This document shows, in pieces, positions 10,101 through 18,754 of a stretch of 53,255 bases of DNA. The notes beneath the pieces were generated by a model, which was not told where the DNA came from, did not search any database, and worked only from the letters and a program-made list of their open reading frames with translations. The translations under genes and the position numbers were made by a program. This DNA comes from an uncultured archaeon (GTDB lineage: Archaea; Asgardarchaeota; Lokiarchaeia; Sigyniarchaeales; SOKP01): contig CAZWEM010000031.1 of NCBI GenBank assembly GCA_964632315.1, positions 1-53,255 on the forward strand, written 5' to 3'. Every line of letters starts with the position of its first letter. Position 1 is the first letter of the stretch.

Positions 10101-11887
10101 AGAGAGATGTATTTTGTCAAAGCATCTATGGCCGCATTGATATTAATCCGCCCATAACCTTCATGAACATCTTTTAACGTTCCTAAAGTTCCTAAGTAAG
10201 TTCCTGGAGAGTATGAACTTTCATCAATATCTGTTGTGGGATCATCTTCACGTTCAAGATTGGTTTCTGAAGCCGTCATTAGCAAGATGGCTTTTAATAT
10301 CTTCGACAGCATAGCGGTATCTTGGGAATTCCAATTAGTCCAATCACCCCATTTTGCATTTATTAAAATGTTAATTGCAGCGGAGGTAATAGCTGCTGAA
10401 ATTGAAGTTCCCATCAATGCCGTTGCCTTAGAAGTGTTCGCTTTGGCGCTAAGTATACTCCTATGACCGTGTAAAATACTACCACCTGGAGCTACCATGT
10501 CCGGTTTTGTGAGGTTATTTTCTATTGATGTTCCCACGCTACTATAGGACGTTACCTGATCTTTATCGTTAATAGCTCCTACAACGATAGAATTTTTCGT
10601 CAGTGCTAATTTATTAAGTGGATTAGAACCCTTAATTCCGTAATTACCAGCTGCGATCACTATGACTATCCCATCATCAGCGACCTCATTAATTACACGA
10701 TTGATAACTCTAACATCATTGCCTAACGTTCCAATACTTAAACAAGCGCTAACTATTCTATATAGCGTCCTATTAGCTTTTAGACTTGCCATAGCTGAGA
10801 TTAAATCAGAAGAGTGACCAATGCCTGAACCATTAACTACTTTAAAAGCTACTATTTTTGAGGCATTTGCGATCCCAGTAAAGTAATTATAATTTTGAAC
10901 ATATGATTCTGGATAATAAGAGATGTTTATTTTAAAGGATAATTTTGGAATTTTGTTTAAAGTTTTATGATATCGCATATATAGATCATAAATACCTTCT
11001 CCATATTGAGAAACTTGATGTTCTATGCGATAATTAAAATTCTGTAGTAAATTATGTGAACTATTCACTAGATTTGAGTCATAATATAATTCAAACCATA
11101 CATTATCTATTCCATTCTCAATTAAATTCCAAGAAGAATTTATTTTAATTCGAGAACTAATGTTGGTTGCATTAAAAGATAATATCTTGAATGAATAATC
11201 CTTTGATGGTAGATAATCTTCAAAGAAATCTGAATGTGAATAATTTTTATTAATAACCAAAATAGTGGGTTCCAATGAACTAGGACTTTCAAGACCCGTC
11301 CCTGCAATCACGGAAGAAATGAATGTTCCATGGCCATATTCATCATTGATTTTTGCATCATCAGTAAAAGCTTCCCCGCCTCTAATCTTGTCCTTTAAAA
11401 AATCGTTATTTAAATCAATTCCACTATCTATAACTGCAACTGATGCATTCGTGTTGCCTTTTATGCCATTAATAAACCAAGTAGAATTAACTGCTCCAGT
11501 CTGTATAGAAGCATAACTTAAATAAGTCTCCATATTTTCATCTTTTTCTATATTAATATTTGGAAATTCACTAGAAAATGACGAGATGTTATCTAAGGGA
11601 AATGAACCTGCAAAGCCAGAAATAGATTCAAATTTATTGTTCCATTCTGATCCATTCTTTAGAACTCCTCCATAAAATAAAAAACGGTTTTTTACCTCTG
11701 GATTGAAATAAGATTGATTAAAGAATACGATAACTCTAGAATTACCTGAATCTGAACTACTTAAAGAATTATGTTCTTCATAAGAAATATCAAACTTAAT
11801 TGAACTTATTTTAAGGAAAGAACTCAAATTTATTGCTGTTAAGGAAAGAAGTATCATGAAAAATGCAAAATTCAATTTTTTATTCAT
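7115..11887 (-). CDS. Membrane-anchored multidomain S8 (subtilisin-like) serine protease with cytoplasmic double zinc ribbon
   Basis: Signal peptide, I9-like prodomain, triad VAVIDSG (D 11426-28), GHGT (H 11330-32), GTSIS (S 10403-05), oxyanion AAGN. Then repeated beta-sandwich domains, an Ig-like domain, a TM helix and CRFC/CPNC/CLNC/CSNKKC. Start taken at ATG 11887 (GGAG upstream, overlaps upstream stop); the track start is 11902. Confidence 0.88.
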   Translation of the reverse strand: MNKKLNFAFFMILLSLTAINLSSFLKISSIKFDISYEEHNSLSSSDSGNSRVIVFFNQSYFNPEVKNRFLFYGGVLKNGSEWNNKFESISGFAGSFPLDNISSFSSEFPNINIEKDENMETYLSYASIQTGAVNSTWFINGIKGNTNASVAVIDSGIDLNNDFLKDKIRGGEAFTDDAKINDEYGHGTFISSVIAGTGLESPSSLEPTILVINKNYSHSDFFEDYLPSKDYSFKILSFNATNISSRIKINSSWNLIENGIDNVWFELYYDSNLVNSSHNLLQNFNYRIEHQVSQYGEGIYDLYMRYHKTLNKIPKLSFKINISYYPESYVQNYNYFTGIANASKIVAFKVVNGSGIGHSSDLISAMASLKANRTLYRIVSACLSIGTLGNDVRVINRVINEVADDGIVIVIAAGNYGIKGSNPLNKLALTKNSIVVGAINDKDQVTSYSSVGTSIENNLTKPDMVAPGGSILHGHRSILSAKANTSKATALMGTSISAAITSAAINILINAKWGDWTNWNSQDTAMLSKILKAILLMTASETNLEREDDPTTDIDESSYSPGTYLGTLGTLKDVHEGYGRININAAIDALTKYISLNESVQNKLTSSQVNPLAQHVFARSIKLDPNKQYVFNLDVAEDAADLELFLYANASKPNGEPILYQSTRKWYDDSSSFYFTPKLNQSECIVVVKAYDGESEFILNVTNVKNHYAPELKIPEITYAGGRINATVLSYQEFIGGNPNKNYSIDRFRFYIDYYDFDIANVPPQDVFVSILETAQNLSLLQVNVLDDNYTDGTLFRSSYIQFPEPGVYHYIFYASDGDHAIRFPYTGSFNISIEFPKDSEQFPCSYDFNDGWNNWTTTGTGWNVLNQSNVNDDRSDLYENEWKALYYGRDHNYPETYSYQPYAITEPYPNGSLISPLINLTRMDKDIVKPFLQYGLRVSINEFDSVYFQINLNWTGWINLRTYSNEERDWFMEEVNLTEYIGYFVQFRFLANVDDQFDPYQYKGLILDKFSIFNYTNHFNPIIEFNVTQNISDTTISRFDSVIFSCRYLDESNSYPVYIYLEIDGVNFSMINSIGDWDSNQLKEEGTGILFTKSIIIGDLSNYSFRFHTSDGKFSVKTPYYNRNDNLFSFENPMILSYNVIKDEKEVGYSFSNENLSDYYITGSPPPKDYTCWLKGDNSWHPVEKLNQKFIYGGKGQSYGGLENGYGVNWDIELVTKPLYLKAEYDTYLAYYFEISLQNEFGLDREDLDRCLVSLSTNFGDSWIELKDYYYDDDNLSGNESIDLSSFGNEIIMIKFSLHTNNINIGLGFGWLISNIYIGYDPSTDFVPPIIIPFSISDNQVLKSIQKVRFNITDNRELDLARIYLYIDGKSINRNSLSYDIERKILEYNWDTTKLNDGSHNLKVKAYDKEGNWAEITLNVKIQNGLLNFNNIYFWIIVIGLLVFSSLTIYFVVKRFFKHKTLDAEKVRLEDIDKDQIIKRIELLEPVEEKKRPLTLYCRFCKSWYQTLKFDYICPNCGHDQIYAAYNCLNCGKWYFKNEPAQDYYCSNKKCAGVRLIRREKSEIESILAKEGKVLKTFKKKNKKFSVLD

Positions 11888-14800
11888 GAAACTCATCTCC
11901 ATTTGAATTTTGATCCGATTTTACTTTATTTAGATGATCTCTTAAAGTTTTATCCACTTTAATCACTGAATCGATACCTTCTGTATTAAACAAGATTTCT
12001 TCATTTCTTTGAAGTTCAAAGCGTTTTGATTTGTATCTATTCATTTCAAATAAATATCCGATTAAAACAGCGAGAGCAATAAATGTAGGAATAATAATAA
12101 ACAAAGATTGAGTTTCTAAAGGAATTACGATTTTTACTTCGATGGTATTTGAAGAAGCTATATTTTTTTTAAGGAAATAATAATCTATTGCGGCAGGTTT
12201 TAATATTATCAAATTTTGGGTTTTAGCTCTCACTTTATATGAAAATGCAATGATTTCACCAGGAGAAAGACATTCTATCTCGTTTATTAACTTTCCTTCT
12301 ACTAAAGAGAATTCGATCTGGGTAAAACTTACATCGTCGCTTAAAGTTAAGTTTTTAATGCAAATATTACCATCATTCTTTACTCGAATCGTTATCTCAA
12401 CTATTTCACCGATTTGAATCTGAGTTTTTTCAATCTCCTTTTGAATAGTTAAATTTATATGACCTAAAATTATCGGATTAGATTTCGATATTTGAATCAA
12501 TCTTTTGTCTATATCGTCAAAATAGTTAATAGGACCATAATAATACGCTTTCCAATCCACTTTTAAAACGGTGATATCTTTCTTAATTCCAACGTTATAA
12601 ACTATATTGGGAAATGAAAGTTGAGGTTCATTCAATCTTATCAAATCTCCATATCTATCATTTAGGGATAATTTTAAATTAGTAATATTTAATTTTGAGA
12701 AACCGTCATTAAATATTCTAACTGAGAGATTAAATTCTTGGCCGATTGAAGGATGAACTGATGATGTGTTAAATTCTATCTGAACCGATTTCACAAATGG
12801 AAAACTTCTTTGATAATCAACTTTAGCGGAACAATACACTTCATTCGCATGATTTTCTATTTTAGATGAATTTAGATTTTCGATTTTAGTGGTTGAATTA
12901 TAGTTTATTTCTAATGATTTAATTAATACATTATTAGGGGTATAAAACCTGAATTCTATGGTTTTTTTCTCCAAAGGTGAAAGTTCATCTAAAAGAAAAG
13001 TTAAAATTCCATCTTTCTGGGTAAAGTTACCAGAATCGAGGATAATACCCGGACACATTAGTGTAACATTTATGTTAGTGGCAATCTCAGACCCAATATT
13101 TTGAAAATCTAGTTTATATTTGTTTTCTTGACCACTTTTTGAGCTGAAATGAGAAACATTAGCAATTGCTACTATTGATGCCATCTCATAAGTGCCCATT
13201 GATATTGAATTCGATCTCCTTATATATAGCACATTTCCACTCTCTGTTGAATAAAAAATTCTTGCCCCTTGAGAATTATACCGATTGTTGTCCCGATAGG
13301 AAAATTCAATATCCAGATTATTAATGCTGATGTTAAAAGAATCTGCGTCGCTCCCAATTATTCTGAAGATTATGGAGTGATTGGATCTCGACTCAGGGTC
13401 AAAAATCCATTCCAATGAATCTTCGTATTTTATGAATGAATAACGAGCAATTCCATTTTCAATTGAATCAAAAAAAGGAGCGATATCAATAAATTCACCG
13501 CTTGAAAAGTTGAAAATTTCAAGATTGATTACATCAGAGGGATCAGAATAATTGATTAATAAAGAGATTCGATCAATGCTGTTATTCATAAGATCAATCG
13601 CTGAATCATTCTGAAATAAGAATTGCACTTCAAGTTCATTATAATCGATATATTTTTCCTCTGAAGATATATTCCAAGCTTGATTATCATCTAAAAGCGC
13701 CATACTAGGGGTAGTGTTGCCAATGGAGGCTCCTGAGATTATAGCTGGTAATGGAGGATATGTGGATTTTATCGTAAAATTATTTATGTAAAATGGAGTG
13801 AAAGAATCCAAGTTAGAAATCGAAAAATTGGAGTATATATACGATATACTCTGATTTGGTTCTATATACCAGTTGTCCTCATTCCAGATACTATTTTTAT
13901 TCGTGAAGATCTCTTTCAAATCATCTGGAGTTATTCCTAATAATAATAAACCACTTATTAACTGGGGATTTTCAATAATTACTGAATCTATCACGTTATC
14001 CATATCTTGGTTATAAGGTAAAAGATTTGTTAGATTATTTAAATTGGGGAAATACTTGTCGACTAATCCTGTGCCTAAGCTGTCAAAATATAATACTTTC
14101 GGATCTTTATTAAAATTAAAAAAATCTTCCAATGATTCATATTGATTGGGATATTCTATTCTTACTACTTCCCAGATCGAATCCATTAATTCTTCAGAGA
14201 GAGGACCTGCTATCACTGAAAAAACAGTATCTAGATCCAAAGGAATGAACGTAGGTACACCCCAAACGGTTTCATTACCAACATTTTTAACTGTTATGTT
14301 AAAATCATAATTGTTGAAAACGCCAAATGAGGCATTTCCTCTTACAAGATTTTTCTTAATCAGTAAATTTGGTTCAGAATTTGATATATGATATTTAATT
14401 GTTAAATCTTGAATTGGATTAAATAACCCTGTTAGGATACCCGGAATACCTTGAAAACCGAGAATTGGAAGGAGGTTTAAATAGTCTGCAGAGTTATTTA
14501 AATTCTTAGGTCTAATGTAGCTTTCTTTAAACCCCCCATTATCAACCCATACTAATTCGAATAAATAATTTTTAACGGTTTCAATGTTAATATCGATATT
14601 TGCATAGTAAAGCAATTGTGATACCTGTTCTAACAGAAAATCATAAAGATTGAAATATTCGGGGGTGTTATAAATAATGTCAGAACATAGGATTCTTAGA
14701 TTTATTTCACTCATAAACGCTCCAATTAAAGCAATAAAAACCTTTTCACTGGGTCTTAATGCACCAGATTCGTATCCCATTGCTTCCCATAGATTAAACG

Positions 14801-15758
14801 AATATTCATTTTCTCCCGTTTTTTTAATTGCTTCTTTAGCACCTTCATATTGGATCATCATGGTTGTATAGTGCGATTGATTGGAGAGTGAAAAAGCCTT
14901 AAAAATTTCATTAAATGATTCAAATCCAGATAGGGTTTCATTTATTCCCCCTATCGAAGTATTTAATCCAAAAAACTGGGAAAATATGTTTTCAATTTCA
15001 AGATTTTGCAGAAAATTGAGATTAAGTGATTCAATATTATAGTTAACTTGTGAATTTGAATTCAAAAATTCTTGCTCAAGAATATCTAATGAGTTAATTA
15101 AGAAATATGTTGACGAGAGATGATAATTGTTTATATAATCATTCGAGGTTAATCGATTAATATCTAAAGCTTTCCAATATCCATCTTTGGGCACATTCCG
15201 AATTACTTCATCTAAATAGATATTCCAGTCAGGATAATGTCCGATAAATGGAAAAAAATTAGGTTCTGACGTGTTAACAGGAATTAAATCAACTTGAAAT
15301 TTTTCACTGATAATTTTAAGAGCCCTTTCTGCTCGCACATTTGCCTCTTCTTGCTTAACTTCCTCATCATAGAATAAAAATCCTGAAAATCCATTAAAAG
15401 TCATTTGATATTGATTTAGAAAATCTTGCTCGGTGACTAACCTTGGAAATATTTCTGGAGTTATTCCGTTAGAAGTACTAAGTAAGACATTACATTTATA
15501 AAATGCTGGATCTCTAGTGTCAAATTGAGGTAAAATGCTCGTATCGTTAGTAAAAAGTGATTGCTTGATAATTGATTTATTACCCGCGATATAAGCGTCA
15601 ATACTTTCAGAATATAAGTCCGTTCCAGCAATATCTGAAGGGTGAACATCATCCATGGTTTTTTTATGTTCTATCATGACCATTTTAGTGAGATTTGGAT
15701 TTATAGAATCTAGAAAAAACAATCCACAAATCAACACTAAAATCAAGTTTTTATTCAA
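11880..15758 (-). CDS. Large secreted, C-terminally membrane-anchored protein with DUF11/BatD/TRAP-beta-like Ig domains
   Basis: 1292 aa, TTG start. N-terminal hydrophobic signal; four ..[VF][KQF]N[VID]G.. Ig-type strands (ITVKNVG, LDFQNIG, VRIFNDG, IRVKNDG); single TM near the C-terminus; many N-x-S/T sequons. Confidence 0.75.
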   Translation of the reverse strand: MNKNLILVLICGLFFLDSINPNLTKMVMIEHKKTMDDVHPSDIAGTDLYSESIDAYIAGNKSIIKQSLFTNDTSILPQFDTRDPAFYKCNVLLSTSNGITPEIFPRLVTEQDFLNQYQMTFNGFSGFLFYDEEVKQEEANVRAERALKIISEKFQVDLIPVNTSEPNFFPFIGHYPDWNIYLDEVIRNVPKDGYWKALDINRLTSNDYINNYHLSSTYFLINSLDILEQEFLNSNSQVNYNIESLNLNFLQNLEIENIFSQFFGLNTSIGGINETLSGFESFNEIFKAFSLSNQSHYTTMMIQYEGAKEAIKKTGENEYSFNLWEAMGYESGALRPSEKVFIALIGAFMSEINLRILCSDIIYNTPEYFNLYDFLLEQVSQLLYYANIDINIETVKNYLFELVWVDNGGFKESYIRPKNLNNSADYLNLLPILGFQGIPGILTGLFNPIQDLTIKYHISNSEPNLLIKKNLVRGNASFGVFNNYDFNITVKNVGNETVWGVPTFIPLDLDTVFSVIAGPLSEELMDSIWEVVRIEYPNQYESLEDFFNFNKDPKVLYFDSLGTGLVDKYFPNLNNLTNLLPYNQDMDNVIDSVIIENPQLISGLLLLGITPDDLKEIFTNKNSIWNEDNWYIEPNQSISYIYSNFSISNLDSFTPFYINNFTIKSTYPPLPAIISGASIGNTTPSMALLDDNQAWNISSEEKYIDYNELEVQFLFQNDSAIDLMNNSIDRISLLINYSDPSDVINLEIFNFSSGEFIDIAPFFDSIENGIARYSFIKYEDSLEWIFDPESRSNHSIIFRIIGSDADSFNISINNLDIEFSYRDNNRYNSQGARIFYSTESGNVLYIRRSNSISMGTYEMASIVAIANVSHFSSKSGQENKYKLDFQNIGSEIATNINVTLMCPGIILDSGNFTQKDGILTFLLDELSPLEKKTIEFRFYTPNNVLIKSLEINYNSTTKIENLNSSKIENHANEVYCSAKVDYQRSFPFVKSVQIEFNTSSVHPSIGQEFNLSVRIFNDGFSKLNITNLKLSLNDRYGDLIRLNEPQLSFPNIVYNVGIKKDITVLKVDWKAYYYGPINYFDDIDKRLIQISKSNPIILGHINLTIQKEIEKTQIQIGEIVEITIRVKNDGNICIKNLTLSDDVSFTQIEFSLVEGKLINEIECLSPGEIIAFSYKVRAKTQNLIILKPAAIDYYFLKKNIASSNTIEVKIVIPLETQSLFIIIPTFIALAVLIGYLFEMNRYKSKRFELQRNEEILFNTEGIDSVIKVDKTLRDHLNKVKSDQNSNGDEFHE

Positions 15759-15769
15759 GACTCATCACA

Positions 15770-18754
15770 TCACATTGTTTCTCTATAAATTTCAACGATT
15801 TTTTTCTTTCTCAACTTACGCAACAAGAGATACATTCCTATGAATGTAAAAATTGTTGATAAAATGAAAACATTGATAGCACTCTGAAATGGAAAATTAG
15901 TAGGTGTAGGTAAATCACTTAATAAATTTAAGGAAGAAGCCAATAATAATCCCGTTGAGTACCCAACAAGCATTCCAACTGACCCACTACTAAACATTAT
16001 AATGAGGGCCTCGATTGTAAATAGATGATTAATTTGATTTCCTTTTAATCCTAGAGTCCTAATAATACCAATTTCCTTTTTTCTTTCTATTATTGTAGAG
16101 TAGGAGGAAGAAATAAGTCCAAATAAACATATAATTATAGCAGCATCAAGAGTTATTGTAAAAAAAGTATCTAGGATTGAATAATATGAAATACCTTGAG
16201 TAACACTTCTTATTAAATTTTCAATTTCAAAATCAAACTGATCATTATATTCTTTTTCGATTAAGTCTTCAATATAATTTGAATTATCTGCTCTTATTTC
16301 TGTTAGCTTTATAAATAGCTTGTCAAGGTAAGGTATTGGAGGGATGTCCATTAATTGGATGTAGTTCTCCTGGGATATCATCACCCCTCCATTAGCTGCA
16401 TTGCTACTAGATCTACTAAAATCATCAGAAAATCCTGGCATATGAGCTGCTATTCCAACAATATTGAAAGTGTAAATTTCGGATTCATCTCCTCGGTAAA
16501 TGACGATACGAACTAGATTACTTAAATCTAAATCTAAATTTACTGCCAATGCTTCAGAGATAATACAGCTAAATCCTTTTTCATAATTAAAAAGATCAGT
16601 AAAAGAATTATCTATATTACCACTAGTGAATTCTATTAAGTTCGTATTAATTGTAGAAGGATATTCTTCATCGATTCCGATGAGAGTGACATCTTCGGTT
16701 GATAATCCAGCGTAATCTCCAATCGCAGCTGAAAATTCTTTTCCGACTTCAGAGTAAATTTGAGTTAAATGATAAGGACTGGCAATAACAGAGGAAACTT
16801 TTTCAACTCCTTCAATCTGCATTAGATTCTCTTCGAATTCTATCGTAAGGATTCTACTTGGATTTACTGAAAAACTGTCAGACTGTAAATGTATTGTGTC
16901 GCTTGATAATCCAAACCCTCCACCACCTCCTTCTATGTCTTCTGGTTCTTCCCATCCCCTTGTTTCTATTACTAAATCAGATCCCAAACTCAATTTTGTG
17001 CCAATTATTTCTTCATCAGACAAAAACGTAAAAGCTGCTGAAGTAAAAATTACAAACGAAAATGTAAATGCGAATATTAGAATTGTGCTAGTGTTCCTCC
17101 GAGCATAACGAAAAATAAAAATCTTATATATTGGTGATAATTTTCTTGAAATTAGTCGAAAAACTTGAATAAAAAAATGTAAAACAATTGGTATAATTCC
17201 TAAACCAGCTAAAGTCGTACCAATCAGAAATATTATGAGTAAAGCAATGAGCATCCCAGCTATTAGGGTGAGATCTCCAGAAATGAATATTCTAGGGATT
17301 GCAATTATTACAAATAAACCATTAATAGCTAAAATCAGCCCCACTATTATGAGTTTATAGTTAATTGATGCTTTCTTTTGGAGATGATATAATGTATCTT
17401 CATGTCGGTAAGGATGGATGCTTTCGATTAATTGAAGTTTCATAACTTGAATAGCTGGCGACAGACTTACAACTATTCCTACGGTAATCCCGATAAGATA
17501 AGAAATCAGTATTGAAAAAAAAGTAATTGAATACGTAACATTTCCAGCTAAACCTGGGATTGTGCCAGCTATAACCGTCCCTGCGAATGGGAGAATTATA
17601 AATTGAGTTGCCAATTGAGCAAAAATGATTCCAAGGATTGTACCGAAATTGCATAAAAGAAATCCTTGAATGAGGACTATCATTAGATTATGCATTTTTG
17701 TTGCCCCTAAAGTTCGAAATATCCCAAATTCTCTGATCCGCTCTTCAACTGAAGTTTTCAATATTCCATTTATCAATACACCAGAGATAAGCATTGAAAT
17801 CATACTTACAAACACGAAAATTATCGTGATACCCACACTCAACCATTCTGAAAAACCTAATACTTCTAATTTTGGTAATTCTATATTATATTCATTAAGC
17901 CCTATCGACATTTGAATTTGTCCAGCGAGGTTTTTAACAGAATTTTCAGATCCTTCAAGATTTCTTACATCATAAAAGTTTCCAGGTTCTTTTAACGTCA
18001 GAATTAAATTATTGCATTTACCACTAAATGTAGGCGCTCCGAAAATATTATATAACGTTTCAATATCAACTACAATTAAGTTTCTATTCGTGTAAGAAAT
18101 GGGCCATTTCAACTGATAATCAAAAATTTTTACAATAGTAAAATTTCTAATCGCATTATAAGTAATATTACCGTAAGTTAGGGACATTCGTATCTGTATC
18201 GTATCATTTTCTTTATAATTAATTTCTTCAGCGAATTCGTAGTAAATAGCACATTCATTTGAAGATAAGTATCCTAAATCTATGATGTTATTTGTTCCTG
18301 GAACGACAAATTCTCCAAAATCAGCAGATTCTTCTAAAGAAAAGTTTATTCCCGAGATTAAGGTGTTTGAAACTTTATAAGTAAGATCATTACTATCAAT
18401 AGCTTGTGAGACATTTACATCTCCATATACTTCCAAACGGGGGATATAATCAGCGATTTGAGGAAATTCGTTGCTAATAGAACTAACAAGTGGATTGAAA
18501 TCAAAAAAGTTGGACCTATTACTTGGTTCACCATTATAATGCCTGACTGTAATCAACATGTCTTGATTCCCAGCATCGATACTCAAATAATTAGCAAAAG
18601 TGACTGATATAGAATCTGAGAGGAATAATACTAATGCTAAAAGCCCCACAGAGATCATGACTCCAATTATACCAATTGCAGTTCTGACCTTTTGGCGTCC
18701 CAAATCCTTGAAAGCATACTTGAAAATGATTTTGAAGTTAAGCATGGTATTCAT
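15770..18754 (-). CDS. FtsX/MacB-type ABC permease, double-length; paralogue of 4133-7054
   Basis: 994 aa. SVEERIREFGIFRTLG and IIERKKEIGIIRTLG; same architecture as the other permease; ATG abuts the ATPase stop (TAA-ATG). Confidence 0.9.
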   Translation of the reverse strand: MNTMLNFKIIFKYAFKDLGRQKVRTAIGIIGVMISVGLLALVLFLSDSISVTFANYLSIDAGNQDMLITVRHYNGEPSNRSNFFDFNPLVSSISNEFPQIADYIPRLEVYGDVNVSQAIDSNDLTYKVSNTLISGINFSLEESADFGEFVVPGTNNIIDLGYLSSNECAIYYEFAEEINYKENDTIQIRMSLTYGNITYNAIRNFTIVKIFDYQLKWPISYTNRNLIVVDIETLYNIFGAPTFSGKCNNLILTLKEPGNFYDVRNLEGSENSVKNLAGQIQMSIGLNEYNIELPKLEVLGFSEWLSVGITIIFVFVSMISMLISGVLINGILKTSVEERIREFGIFRTLGATKMHNLMIVLIQGFLLCNFGTILGIIFAQLATQFIILPFAGTVIAGTIPGLAGNVTYSITFFSILISYLIGITVGIVVSLSPAIQVMKLQLIESIHPYRHEDTLYHLQKKASINYKLIIVGLILAINGLFVIIAIPRIFISGDLTLIAGMLIALLIIFLIGTTLAGLGIIPIVLHFFIQVFRLISRKLSPIYKIFIFRYARRNTSTILIFAFTFSFVIFTSAAFTFLSDEEIIGTKLSLGSDLVIETRGWEEPEDIEGGGGGFGLSSDTIHLQSDSFSVNPSRILTIEFEENLMQIEGVEKVSSVIASPYHLTQIYSEVGKEFSAAIGDYAGLSTEDVTLIGIDEEYPSTINTNLIEFTSGNIDNSFTDLFNYEKGFSCIISEALAVNLDLDLSNLVRIVIYRGDESEIYTFNIVGIAAHMPGFSDDFSRSSSNAANGGVMISQENYIQLMDIPPIPYLDKLFIKLTEIRADNSNYIEDLIEKEYNDQFDFEIENLIRSVTQGISYYSILDTFFTITLDAAIIICLFGLISSSYSTIIERKKEIGIIRTLGLKGNQINHLFTIEALIIMFSSGSVGMLVGYSTGLLLASSLNLLSDLPTPTNFPFQSAINVFILSTIFTFIGMYLLLRKLRKKKIVEIYRETM

